In this document: piece after piece, positions 12,804 to 26,874 of the stretch | Position numbering within the stretch: the first letter of the stretch is position 1 | Layout of the letters: each line of letters starts with the position of its first letter | From: Dimorphilus gyrociliatus | Lineage: Eukaryota; Animalia; Annelida | DNA length: 64,000 bases | Reading direction: 5' to 3' | Assembly (NCBI GenBank): GCA_904063045.1 | Contig: CAJFCJ010000024.1 | Location: forward strand, 863,777-927,776 | Translations under genes and position numbers: made by a program | Notes under the pieces: model-generated | The model's input: only the letters and a program-made list of their open reading frames with translations | Databases searched by the model: none | Told to the model about the DNA's origin: nothing

Positions 12804-14670
12804 GAGAGAGAAAAAGAGAGAAGGAGAGGGGCTGAGGGAAGGAAAGAAAATGGAAAAAGAGAAATTTTTTTTCGGAAATAGGTAAAGGAAATTAATTTAC
12901 TTTCTAGATAACGAAGACTTTTTTTTTAATTAATTTTTTTTTCTGGGAATGTTTAGTCGAAATTAAAATAAACGTAAAAGACGAAAATTTAGAGGATTCT
13001 ATACTTTCTACATTATATCATTTAGCTTTCAAATTACTTAAGAGTCTTGAAAATGGAAGTGATTAAAAATGGCTTCTTTACAGTCTTGTAATTTCGAACA
13101 GTGAACTTAGAAGCTCTTACATAATAAACGTTTTTTTCTACCTTAACTCTAAATTGAAACCCTTCATAAGCATCAAGTTAGAATATTTATTTCTAATGAA
13201 AGAATTCTGTGCAAGTACCAGATTAAATGTGTAGGCTTTTAGTACGATGCTTTTATATAAATATTGTAAATATATAGCATACACAATGAAGTGGAAAATA
13301 CAAATAATATACATAAAAATATATGAAATAATACGCAACGTATTAAGGGTAACCAACACGATCTGATATAGGTTATGCCCCACATGATTTGGGAAACCAT
13401 TCAGTGCCGGTATTGGTTGATACATCTTAAGATATTATTAAATAGTATCTGTAACTATAATTGGATTGAGAGTCTGAATAAAGATAAATTAGATAGGATT
13501 TAAATCTAGGAAGAATAAGTGATTAAAATGTTGATGAATCTTTGTCATTTTTGTCTGTAGAAACAACACAGAATAGTATTTCTAGCGTCAAATTATTCTT
13601 TGACGGTTGATTTGCTTTGAAGAAAACTCATTTCAAAATATCTCTTTCTATTACTTCTAAGGTCAGAAACTATATAACACTAAAATTATCTACTCTAAGG
13701 TTCCAGTGCGAATATTATTAAGAAACAGACATATCTATAGAAAAATCGTTCCAAAGCCTTTTTCCATCTCTATAGACTTGCGTAAGAATATAAAAGCTTT
13801 TAATAATTATACTAGCGTAAAAAGAAATAAACTATAGTGTATACAAGTATATTCCTTTTGAATGGGATGTTGTTTTTATGCCAAAAAAGAAAACATTAGA
13901 AATACATCTAGAATTTTTCACTAATGACAGATCAAAGAGCGTTTGAAGACCAGCTTAAATTTCTAGATAAAAGAATTGGCATTTGAGGAGGAATATTTAA
14001 TATCATTTCTTAAGTAACATGTTTTCCTCCTACAAATTTACTTCAACTGAAGTTAAATTAAACAGAAAATTCCTTTATATTTTCTTATCAAAAAGATGGA
14101 AGAAACAAAAAACAAATATGATAATTTTTCATTAAAAAACATTTTAATTATTGGAAAATTTGAATTTTCTTGTATATTTCATTAGCTAGAGATATTAGAC
14201 TATTGTCTAAACATTTATCTTCTTATACATTACTATACCAAAACATTCTTCTATCTTCGTATTTTTTTAATTAGATAACGAACAACAAAAACAACACAAA
14301 AAGTCATAATTAATAATGATTATTAGTGTAAATTATATTTTTTCTAGTACAAACTACCCCGCCTTAAATCTATAATATTTTAAAAAGTAGCTGTTTTGTT
14401 ATATAAGGTATCTACAGTATAAATGCGTAATAAAATAGCTTTCGAAGAAGTCTAAAAAACATCCTAGAAAATGGATGTTGTAAAAATGAGAGGTGACAAA
14501 ATTCTCTTTGAATCGTCGTAAACTATGTGTTTTTATTTAGGAAATAATCCTAGGCCTACAATAACAATGTGATATATCTTTAGTTCAATAAATTGCGGGA
14601 ATAGAAGTTTTTAAGTGCCGCTCTGCGAATGTGTGCAAAGTATGACATATGGTTGGGTGACGCATACAAA

Positions 14671-14706
<36 letters not shown>

Positions 14707-16352
14707 TAATATATATATATATAACGTTCTTCTTATACAAACTTATGCTAAAAACATATTGGTTTATTGGTTGTTCTTAATTCACTAATTATTCAGTATT
14801 TGCCTAGTGGAGCTTTGTGACGTCATACCTTCAAAATAATTTATCACATTAAGATAAGAGGGAAAAGAAAAAGGGATTAATACTCTTCTCATAATACGAA
14901 CTGAAGTATTAAAATTAAAATCTTTGAGAAGGAATGGTGGTAAACTATTACGTAATATTTTATATTTTATTCAATAAACAACAAGTCATAGCAGTTATAT
15001 AAGTCATATTGATGGTAATTTATGAGCTTAATAGGATGTCATATAATGCTAACTGCAACTCTTAGTCATATAACCCATATTTTCTTAGATTCCTTTCTGA
15101 TCTATAGGTAAAGGAAGAATGTCGCTTACATTTCCATAAATATAAAATAAGAAAGAGAAAGTAGTGAATAAATATTGTTTAATTGTTAAAAAATGCATGA
15201 AGAATTTGCAGTAGGTAATATTTTCGTAAAACGTAGAAGAGAGCTTTACGAAAAACGTTTATGTACACTTGGACTTTGTTTATAGCTGTTTATAATATAT
15301 TATATAACTTTAATGAATATTGGGATATTTTACGATTCCAATATACAATAATTAATAGTTTTTATATGATTTTATGTAATTATTACAATTCTCAATTAAT
15401 TGTTAAAACGTATCGAGAAATAAAATATATCTATGGTACTGCAAAACTCTGCTATGATTAGTTATAGCATGAAAAAGAAAAGATCGTGATTTCAAAATAT
15501 TTGCACTTGTTCGGCCTTGATCTATTTTCTTTATGTTTCTCTCTCCTCTCATAAAGTACTTAAATATCTGTTTTGAATTCCTTTTTCTTTTTTTTTCAAT
15601 TCTCATGCGTAGAATATTTCATTCCTTTTCTTTACTTCTTCCTTTCTTCTTTCTCTTGCTCTTCGTATAGTCTATATAAATTTATAGAATACGTATACAT
15701 ATATATGTATATATTCCTCCTGTTTTCTTTCCTGCTCTATTTGATTATTCTTCATACCGTGCATTTTTAGTTTCTAAGCTAACAGGAAGTCTTGTTGCAG
15801 TAATCGTCTTTTTCTGTTATTTATGATATCTATTTTCCAGGTTTACAAAAAAACCTTGGTATTGTCTGATTATATTTCACCGCAATTTTAGATTTTTCTC
15901 CTTATGACAGTAAGATTACGGTAGAGGCAGAGAATCTCTTTCTTCCTAGTTCTTTCTCTCATTTAAAAATATTATTTTATACTGTATAAGCATACGTTTG
16001 CAAAAAAACAGTATTCTCACTGACATACAGACTAGCCCATTTCCGATACTGTAGAGTTTCTTTACCTAAACAAATAATATATAATCACTCTTAAGTATTC
16101 TCTTCTTTTTTTTCAACAGGGAGAATGTACAAGTTAACCATATGCTTAAATTCTGCTCCGATGGACGATGGACTGCAGAATAGTGAAATTCAAACAAAAA
16201 ATCGAAAGTACACTTGGTTCCCTCTCTTTAGTTCAAAATCATCGCATAAAGAATGTAGTTGTAGGCAAACAAATTGCAAACATTTGCCCATTGATTGCGA
16301 TGAAACTCACCAAACAACTTTCATCGATAGGAATACAAGAATAGAAGCATAG
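5133..16352 (+). CDS. Class A peptide GPCR, somatostatin/allatostatin-C/opioid receptor-like, about 390 aa, 3 exons
   Basis: Exons 5133-5524, 7830-8377, 16120-16352 (phases 2 and 1; 1173 nt). N-terminal sequons NMT/NVT/NMS, TM1 GN, TM2 NLAFAD, TM3 C...DRY, TM4 W..P, ECL2 Cys (NCKVNW), TM5 GFLVP..SY, TM6 F...HAP, TM7 NSALNPVLY. Splicing gives helix 8 ENF|RRMYKLTIC with a palmitoylation-type Cys. The exact intron-1 donor is ambiguous (see findings). Confidence 0.93.
6367..6400. repeat. (TA)n microsatellite
   Basis: Perfect TA run in GPCR intron 1. Similar runs occur near 6750, 10500, 14680, 18200, 26470, 29140, 30650 and 55990. Confidence 0.95.
12773..12820. repeat. (GA)n microsatellite, imperfect
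   Basis: GAGAGA tract following a (TA)n run in GPCR intron 2. Confidence 0.85.
14818..14825. promoter_or_regulatory. Full CRE palindrome TGACGTCA in GPCR intron 2
   Basis: Exact consensus; function not demonstrated. Confidence 0.3.
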
Positions 16353-19096
16353 ATGGCGCCATGAAAAGTCCTCTTTTTTTTTTTTGTTTGTTGTTGTTTC
16401 ATTTTTTATCTATGCTCCTTTTAATTAATAGAGAAAATATATAGGCATAAAACATAAAAGAAAAGAAATGATGTATGGAGAATAGAACGAATTAGAGGGA
16501 GAAAAAATAAAGCAAAATTTTCTTTTTGTCTTGATGCGAATGGAGAGAAATGAAAAAAAAAATATATCTTTGTTTATACTATTCTTCTATATATTTTCTT
16601 GTTTTCTAAAGAAATTTATCATGTTTAATTCGCCTCCTTATCCCCCTTTTATTTTAATCATGTAATATATAAGAATTATCTCATTTTTTCAATGTTTTTC
16701 ATCATATTTTTTAAGTTTTTAAGTATAATTTATAGGTAAAGCATACTTTATACCTAAATTGAAAAAGCATGTTTATGCACATATATAAATATATATTCTC
16801 CTTCATCATTAATTGCACTAACGACGCATTTATTATAGGTAATTTTAAACAAAGCAACGTCTATTCCTTTATTCATCATCTGTATATAAATGTTACACTA
16901 TGATAAACAAATATTATTATATAATATATTAAATTCTTATGTTCATATTAATGCATATGTAGGTTTAAGAGTATTGTACAAATCTAGTATTTTTGTATAC
17001 ATTCTGTACTGCGTCATTTAAATGCCATGGAGCGAATACCAACCAGCTTTATACTTTCAAAAGAGATCACGTAATCAGCTCATCTAAGAAGAAAATGAAG
17101 AAAAGAAGAATACAAAATACTAACACTTATATAGTATATTTTGTAAGCGTAATAATAATAATATGCTGTATATACAATTCTATTGTTTTTTGTTTACTTT
17201 TGTTACGAATTTTTCAAATTTTCCTCATATTCGAAGAGAGATCAAGAAGATGAAAAAAAAATCCTATTTATCTTCTTCATTCATAATTTATATGCCTCTT
17301 TTTTCCTTGGAATGGTCATTTCTTTCTTACGTTAACGATTTAGAGAAGTAACTGTAATGTTTTTCTCTCTTTCTTTCTTAATTAATAAGGTAAAGATTTT
17401 TTCTAATTCAAATTAACTTGATACACTTTTACTCAGACAGATAGGTTTTTCTTTCATTCTATTAAATGAGGGAATTCATTTTTTCAATTATATTTTCTTT
17501 ATAGAATTTGTAGAGTATATTAAAATATATTTAATGGAAAACTCATTTAAAGTACGAAAGCACAAAAGTATATTCTTTTTCCAGATTTTCTACTTTTTTT
17601 AATATTGTTTTAATGAGAAATAAATACAACCATTCCAAAAGAAATATAAGCCTTATAGTTAAATTTATCTTTCCGTATCATTCTTAGTTCATTTTGTTTA
17701 ATTTCATTACTTTTTTTGGTTATTCTGAAACTTGTACTACACGTTATATGCTATATGTATGTTGTTGTATACTATATATATTCATATATTATAAATATAT
17801 AGATATATCATATAGTAATGGCAACTACTGATAAAGAATACAGTGAAAATGAAATAAATCTCCAAAAGTTCCTTTCAGTTCATATACAAGTACTACTCTT
17901 CTTTCTTTTTTCTAATATTAACCTCTTTCCATCGGTTTTTTAAAAGTGAACTTATTACATTGTTATCGCCTACAACAGATAATTAATTACTTACTTAAAA
18001 AAAGTAGTTATAACAAAATCTATTAATATTCTTCATATGTAAAACTGCTCAAATTGAAAAAGAAAAGAAAGCACTATTCATTTTATGTAATCCTTTCGCC
18101 TTGTTTTTCTCAGTAAATCTCCGTTATTTATGGTCATTTATATAAGAGTTTATTGAACTTTTATCTACATAAATAAATCGTATATACACTATATATATAC
18201 TATATATATATATATATATATATATGTTTATATATTATATATTGGCAGTATATAATGAAAATATAAGAAATGGGAATACAAAATAGTCTTTTGATAGGTT
18301 TCAATATTATTACTTCTAAATTTAGTCTTCCATGAACTTCAATGCTTTATTTTCTGATATTTAAAATATCTACATCTATCAACATTATCACATGTATATC
18401 TGGATCAAGGATAATTTCATTTACATTATCACTTTTCATCATTGTTTTTAATAGATATACATTATATATATATATATATATATATAAATATGCAAATTGC
18501 AGTATTACATGTAATTCATTGGAATATACTCAAATTTATATAAAAGAGACCGAACGATTTCTCGTCGGCTGCTACTCTAAGAAATCTGTACGTATATTTT
18601 ATGATATGCTATACTAAACTGAACAGGAAAGCAAGAAAAAAAACATCGATTATTTCTGTTTGAATGAATTCCAATTTAATAAATTTAGAATCTGCTCAAC
18701 AGAAATAAACACTCAAACGTTTAGTTCTCTTATGACATTGAGAACTCTTCAACGCGAAATTTATAGCATTTAAAGTGGTAGTTTTACAGTGATGTACTGA
18801 TAAGGTTGGCAACGTTTAAATATTTTTTCTTGGAAAGAGTTACTTACCTGGAGAATTGGATTTTTTAATGTTTTAATTGGTCTTTTGTTAGAGTACGTAA
18901 AGAGACAATAAAGGAGTTACTTTACGCATCATTTTGAAAACGATATATTATAAATATATAACACAACACAATCTTCACAAAAGAGAAAGTGTAACTCTTC
19001 TACAACGATTGGTCATTTTACAAACTCACTATTGTCACTTATTTGTAGAAAGACAAAATTTTCTTTAAAGCTTATAATCATAACTGAATAAAAACT

Positions 19097-22022
19097 TTAG
19101 TTTTCTTTCGGGTCTAATATTTTTACTCTTTTGCGAGAAGGCTCATCTGAACGATTTTTCGGGTGGCTTCGAATATCCAATTTGTCATTCGGTTTTTTTC
19201 TCTTGGACATGTCAGGAGGCCCATTTTCCTCCAAAATCATAACGTCATCGTCCTCACTTATTCTATCACCTTCAGTCTGAGGAATGCTTTCTTCAGTCAA
19301 ATCAATTTTTAGATCAGAGTCTTCTTCATCTTTCGATTGAAATTTATCTATGTCATGGGCATTCATTTTTTCCACTCTTACAGAACACTGATTCAAGTGC
19401 TTCTCCACATGATTAATAAATGGTTCGCCAACCTGAACCTCTTCATCGCACATTGGGCATTTATCTCTTTCATTACTATGAACTTTTTGAAAGTGCGCCA
19501 GTTTAGTTCGTTCATTTAAAAATGATTCAGAGCACCGAGAGCAAGGAAAAGCGTGCATTAATTTATCATGTTCCCTTAGCTGATTTTCCGACTTAAATCG
19601 AACTTTACAGGGTTTACATTTAAATTCAAACTTCTTTTTGTCACGGGAATTAGCAGTTGGAGCTCGTCTTCTAAATAATTCAGAATGAATTGTTGTAATA
19701 TGCTCCTCCATAGAAGCTCTATCCAATATTTTCTCTCCGCAAACCATACATTCTCCCTTCTCAAACATGCCTTTAACACTAATACCATGAAAACTTTTCA
19801 TGTGGTTGACTATTCCCGATATATTCTCTTTGCATTTGTGACATCTGCAAAACATAATATATTCATAATATGAATTTGACAAGACAGAATTATTTAGAGA
19901 TCATCAAATTCAATAATATTTCACAAATAATTGAAACCGCCCTGCTCAATCTAATTACTACTAATTTTCCTAGTACTTACAACATTTAAAAAAATCTACA
20001 TTTTATAAAAAGGCAATATGAGTAGATAATAATAATAAACCTATAAACTCTTTGTCCGGATTTCATTGCAGGTTTGGAGTTGGAATCTTGGGTGTTTGAT
20101 ATACTAGAGGTGGTGTCTGTGGAATTCATTTTAGCACTAGGAACTTTTTTCTGATATTCTGCTAAAACATTTGCAGCCGCTCTTTCAGCTTTATGGTTTC
20201 CAGTTCTGTGGTTAATTAGACCCTGACTTGTCCAGAATCTACTATCACAAAAGTCACAGGCAAATGGTCTTCTCACCATGTCCATCAATTCTTGAGGAAT
20301 TTTAAAGTTATGACAAAAAGAAAGATGCTGCCGCAGTGCATCTCTATCTTTAACTCCTTTGTGGCATAATTCACATATCTCATTCATCATTCCTTTGTCT
20401 GCTGCAACTAAGTTGGGTACGGAATTTTGTTTGCTATTAGTAGAGCGTATTGAGTTGTTTGTAACGGTAGATGTCGTATTAGAAGTCGAGGTAGATGTTT
20501 TCAGAACACTTTTCATGTTGTTATGTTGCAAAACAACACCAGGTATTGGTGAAAGAACGTAGCCATTTCCATTAGGAGATTGTATTAGCTGATACAGTTG
20601 ATTATTGATAGCATACTGCTGAGGTTGTCCTGGAGCTGTTGGTATAGGTCTTGCGTGCGCAGGTAGGGCTAATATTGGCCCATTCGGTGATATTTGGGTT
20701 GTTTTTAGACCTGTTTTAGTGACCATCGCCTGAGTTACTTTTTGAGCTGGTAAAAGAGATCGAAGAGACGGGTTAGGCGTATTATTTTTGGAGGGCTGAA
20801 CGTTAGTATTTGATTTCCCGGAATCAGTGGGAATATCCTTTTCTCCTGACATTATATGCTGTGAAATGAAAAAGCAAATTAAATAAAAGAAAATCCTGCT
20901 TTCATTCCGTTTAAAATTACGATTCTAAAAGCAGCGAAGCTTTGAATTTCTCTTTTTAGAAAAGTGTGAATAGTATATCAACTTGCGATTTAAATAGCAA
21001 TAAAACATTATATTTTGTAACTTACCCTATCCAAGCATTTTTCTTCGTGTCGAATAAAGGCTTTTCGAAAGTTTGTTTCATAACTACAATTACTACACAG
21101 AAAAGGTCCACCTTTCCAATTTACAGTTTTAAGACTAGCGTTATGGGCGTCTTTCATATGAGAATGATATATTAAATATTCTGAAGTTTCAAACTGTTTA
21201 CACACAGCACAGACTAATTTTCCGTCTTCAGTACGGTGCACAGTCTCTTTATGATAATTTAGAGAGCTTATAAAATTTGTTTTAAATGGACAAGATTCAC
21301 ATTCAAAATTCTTGGTAGATAAATTTAGATTTGAGCAAAATTTCTCCAAAGAGGCTAGTTCTGGTGCATTTGATGATGAAGAACGCTGATTTAATTTCAA
21401 AAAGTTGTAGCGGCATAAACTTATCCCAATTTTAATTGTGTGATCTGCAGAGCAGCGGGATGAACTATACGTATGAAGTAGGCGTTTATAAGGGCTAAGT
21501 GATGCTTGTTTACTTTCTTCTTTTGATTTTTTAGATTGAGTATCTTCAAAAGAAGATTCAGAACCTGAGCTTACAACTATTGCTGAATTATTTTTGTCAT
21601 CATCCTTCTCTGCTTCGGAATTTTCACTAATTTTTCCTTCAGGTATAGGATTTATTTTCTCGTCAATCTGTACAAATAATTCAATAATTTAGAATATATA
21701 AATCAATATAACTTCAACTTTTTAGTCAAAGATGATTAAAATTTTTACTGTATACTCTATAAGGCTATTTTAAAATGTCTAATTTAAATATTAAATGGTA
21801 TATTAAAAATTTAACTTTCAATTTATAAAGGACCATTTTCAGATGAGAAATAAAATCATACAATTTTATGATTAGGTAATAAGCTTAGTATGTTTGAACG
21901 GTAGAAGCAAAAATTATTACTTTACTATTGACATGTTCTGAATTTCTTAATTTGACACATTTGCTTTCCAATTCATTTTCTTTTTCTTCATCTTTTTCCC
22001 CGTTTAGTATCATCGCTTCCAT
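19097..22022 (-). CDS. mep-1: MEP-1-like multi-C2H2 zinc-finger protein (Mi-2/CHD4 partner; functional analogue of ADNP), 769 aa, 4 exons
   Basis: Exons (minus) 22022-21921, 21667-21026, 20858-20041, 19844-19097; GT-AG, phase-consistent (2310 nt). The finger pair ICELCHKGVKDRDALRQHLSFCHNFKIP...PFACDFCDSRFWTSQGLINH and the triplet CESCPFKT..HKETVH / CAVC..HMKDAHN / PFLCSNCSYETN..RHEEKC match the spacing I recall for Drosophila and C. elegans MEP-1. A Q/N/S/T-rich linker precedes the pair. Orthology was recognised from memory, not from a search. Confidence 0.88.
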
Positions 22023-22113
22023 TTCTGAAAATGTCATATAAACAATTGAGTTTCACAAATTCAATGGAGATTTTTAGATTCTGAAGACTAAAAAACCATT
22101 TTACATGGAATAA

Positions 22114-22143
22114 GTCACGTGATTACGAGTATAAGTCACGTGG
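22114..22143. promoter_or_regulatory. Tandem E-box/CLEAR-like sites upstream of mep-1
   Basis: TAAGTCACGTG occurs twice, 21 bp apart (GTCACGTGA 22114-22122, GTCACGTGG 22135-22143), about 90-120 bp upstream of the mep-1 ATG. A YY1-like CAACATGGTGGC follows at about 22158-22169. Confidence 0.55.
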
Positions 22144-22578
22144 GACACGAAGCAAACCAACATGGTGGCTGCCGTGTAGCTATCATAAAAGACAACAAAT
22201 GAGTATCCTAGTTGATGAATAGAAAATTCTATAGTATTTAAAGCAAAAGTCAAGAGTTTTATTCTTTTCATTTAGCTAAAAGATCAAATTAGTAGAATAT
22301 AACCAAGTGTTGAAAGAATTCCAAAACTGTTTAAAACCAGCGACAGTATGCAACATTCTCCAAAGAATGTGTATATAAATAAATGAGATACTTCTCCTGG
22401 CTATAAACTATATTAAATTTGAATGTGAAAATGGTGGAGAATTTTTTTTTTGGAAACCCATATTTTTTCCAAAAAAATGTTCGAAGCTACGAGGTTCCAT
22501 ACTTTCCTAATTACTTTTCTCTCACTCCATATGAATCTCTATATTATGAAAACTGGCAGAAAACATTTGCATATTTAA

Positions 22579-22776
22579 CTAACAAAGTTTGGCTTTAAGA
22601 ATATCCTTGATATGATGGCAGATAGAATCAATCCCCAAATAGAACCCAAGAGAACTAGGAACGCTCTTAATAAGAACCCGTATGTCTTGCACCCGGGGTT
22701 CCAGAAAAATCAGAAAACTTCTTAGGAACACATTATCAAAAATCGTCAGAAATGAAAAGATTATGGGATTAAGCAT
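22579..22776 (-). CDS. Candidate small ORF (65 aa) with an upstream 69-nt UTR intron; unidentified
   Basis: The ATG lies 2 nt after an AG acceptor (22780-22779); there is a strong GTGAGT donor at 22847-22842. The intron size matches other short introns in the window. No family recognised; it could be a chance ORF in a UTR exon. Confidence 0.35.
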   Translation of the reverse strand: MLNPIIFSFLTIFDNVFLRSFLIFLEPRVQDIRVLIKSVPSSLGFYLGIDSICHHIKDILKAKLC

Positions 22777-23000
22777 TTCTTTAATGTTTTGGTTTAAGTA
22801 TTATTTAAATTATTCCAACGTTAATTATTAAATTGTGAAATACTCACTCAATGTGTAAAAACAGGCGCTGAGAACTGATTACGTCACGGGAATATACCGG
22901 GAAACCTCAAACTCTAAAGTATAACTTTGTTGAAGAATAATGAATATATATTATGCGCTTAACGTTTTTAACGCTCTCACGGATGGTAAATAGACTGAAG

Positions 23001-23010
23001 GTCACGTGAC
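23001..23010. promoter_or_regulatory. Perfect CLEAR element (GTCACGTGAC; MITF/TFEB/USF-type E-box) upstream of Rab21
   Basis: Exact 10-bp palindrome 186 bp upstream of the Rab21 ATG. The start context AAAATGGCGG (23193-23202) is also a YY1 consensus. Confidence 0.6.
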
Positions 23011-23195
23011 TTTGCGTAACTTCCTCATATGACAGTGACTGAAAATCTGTCAAAAATTTTGATTATCTCAGAACTGAAATTGTATTTATAAATCCATATA
23101 CTTGTCTATGTTATAATAGTGGATTTAATATTTTGTGTTATCAAGTTCAAAAATTAGCTCTAGCTTTTTGAAATAAATAGTAAAAATTGAATAAA

Positions 23196-24222
<1,027 letters not shown>

Positions 24223-26874
24223 ACGTTCAGCTGAAAAAAAAACTTTCTTGATATTTAAAAAACGCCAACATGTTGTACGTATATGACTATATAAGTACAT
24301 ATATACCGAAATATATATATATATACATATATATATTTATGTGGTGTGTATGTATGTAAGTATTTATGTACTTAAATATGCGTCAATGTGTATAATGATT
24401 CACAATTTTCAAAAAAAATGTATATTGACAGTATTACCAATTGAATGTTTAAGGAAATTTGAAACTTTTACCCGTAGGTGGCGCCTCATATACAGAATTC
24501 GAAGGCCCGAAATCTAAGTAGTAAGAGAGGGGGAGCTAAACTTAAATTATAGAAAAAAACTAAAATAAAAAGTTTTCCAATTTTTTTTCAAGTTGAAGAT
24601 TTTTTTCGCAATAATATCTTGCGATAATTGTCTTTTTTTGCTTTAATTTTCACTTATAGAGAACAAGCTTAATTATCTTTGTGACAGAGATTGCAGAGCT
24701 TAGGAAGTAACCCAAAATAAACAGAGAATATTGTCAATCTTATAAGAGAATAAAGCCGATTCTATTAAGAAATGATAATTTTGGAAATTTGTTTTAAAAT
24801 AAGTTGATGTGTATTATTGGCAATGTTATATAAACAGAATCTAATACACTGTTGAATAAATAAGATACAGGCGGAAAAAGCCTTGTTCTTTACTTTGTTT
24901 AGGCTTTTTTTTTACAATAGATCACTAGACAGTTTAAGGAGGGGATAAGGTGAAAAGGGCTAATAAATAAACGATATCAAAAGTCATGTTAATAAGTTAC
25001 GTGCTGTTGGTTAGCAGAATCGTGTTAACCTCACACGCTAAATTCCAGCTAGAGATGAGTGGTCTAATAAGGTTTGGAATTGCGCAATATTGTGATAACA
25101 ATATTGAAATTGAGTTTTGACTTGCACGCAGACATTAGAAAACTGATACAGAGAATTAGAATGAAAATATTTGCAAAACTCAAAAATATAACCTGGAGTA
25201 TTATTTCAATTCTGAGGTTATAATCTAGAATCTAGTTCGAATGTTCTATTGCTCCAATTTGTCTTGCTTGTCCTCAACATCCAAATGCATGACTACTTGC
25301 GCGAAATCTTACAATTGATCAATAAACAAATTATTAACGCCCTATTTGATTAAAAACCCATCAGCTGGCCATTAGCCCGTTAGGCCTACGCAGGAAATGC
25401 ATCTATCGCCTTTATTACATACATCTACAGTCACAGTCATGTTCTGATTAGTCGAATTCCGTCAGAAACTTGATGCTCTCATTCAAAGAGTCACGAACGC
25501 CGGGTGTAGGCTTTCATCTTGACCAAGATCTAGAGGCAATTAGACTGTCATTTTTAGTCTAGTGATGAAATTGCTTGGGAATTCAGAAGCTCCTAGCCTG
25601 CTTTGTCTTAGTCTTGACCTTTTAGCTGTTTGTATTAAAAGATTACTACTCACTTCTTTTTTCACAACACCGGGAAATATATTTCGACTCTCTTTTTTTA
25701 AATTAACAAGAGCAAATACTGTAATCTTCTACGAATACTGTATTTTAGCTGTAATGCAGAATAAAGACATAGGCCGAATTATTCCAACATTATGCAGTCA
25801 CGAACAAAAAATTTCACTGGTTATTCCACGAGTGATAGACGAAAAGTAGAAGGGAAAGTACCATTCTAATCTATCGTCATATATTGAAAATCTTTTGAAA
25901 TATTCACTTTTTTTTCTTATCCAAATTTAGGCCTATTCATTCAATACGTCAAATCATATATAATAATATTTCACAATAGGGCAAATTTTTTTATTCCTAT
26001 AGAAACAGGTTATATATTTTGATCTATTGATGGAAACGAATCAGTTAATTCTTGCACTGGGTCTCAAGCAGATGTTTTCCCTTTAAATGACTGTTATAAG
26101 CGAGAAAATAAGACATTTTATCTATTAGCATCGTCTATATTGTACAAACATATTCATTGTTCTATTTAAGTAAGAAAAAAGAATATCAAAAGTCTATTCG
26201 AATGATTTTGTTTATCTTTCTCTTCTTTTTTTTTGAGGAGAAAGGAGGGGAGGGGCTTTCTCCATTTTTTTAAAAGTTAGTGACGTTTGTTATCTTCTCA
26301 TTTGTTGAACAATAGTTCCTGTTTATTTCCATTTATATTACGTAATTTACTATTTTACTTAAGTTACTTAACTTTTACTTAACCATATCTCCTTATTATA
26401 CTAAATAGTAGTAATAATATATAAACAATTTATTGTATATATTCATATACTATATATTAATATATGTATATATATATATATATATATATGTTCAATCTGT
26501 AAACACTATACTATGTATATCAGTAGAAATCCAAATAAAGTTACCTTTAATAAGAATAAATCATAAACACAGAAAATAGGGAATAGAAAAAACTTGAGGA
26601 TAGACAGAGCGACTGAGAGAGAGAGAGAGAGAGAGAAATATAGGGAAACATTAGGAAAAGAAAGTAACAAAAACATAATATAAATTGTATACAAATAAAC
26701 AAAAATATAGAAAAGGCAGAGAAGAGAAAAAAGAAAAGAGAGAAAAATGATAGAAATATTGAGGAGGTAATTAATTCAAGTATTATCGCGTAAAAAGAAT
26801 CATTTAAATAAAATAATCAGTACTTGTGTAAAATCAATGGCTGTTATTTCTTTTAATTAGCTTTTTTTTTGTCT

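Noticed and set aside
22431-22598. Plus-strand 55-aa aromatic-rich ORF (MVENFFFGNPYFFQKNV...)
   Set aside because: F/Y/N/K richness is expected from AT-rich DNA, and I found no splice, promoter or homology support.
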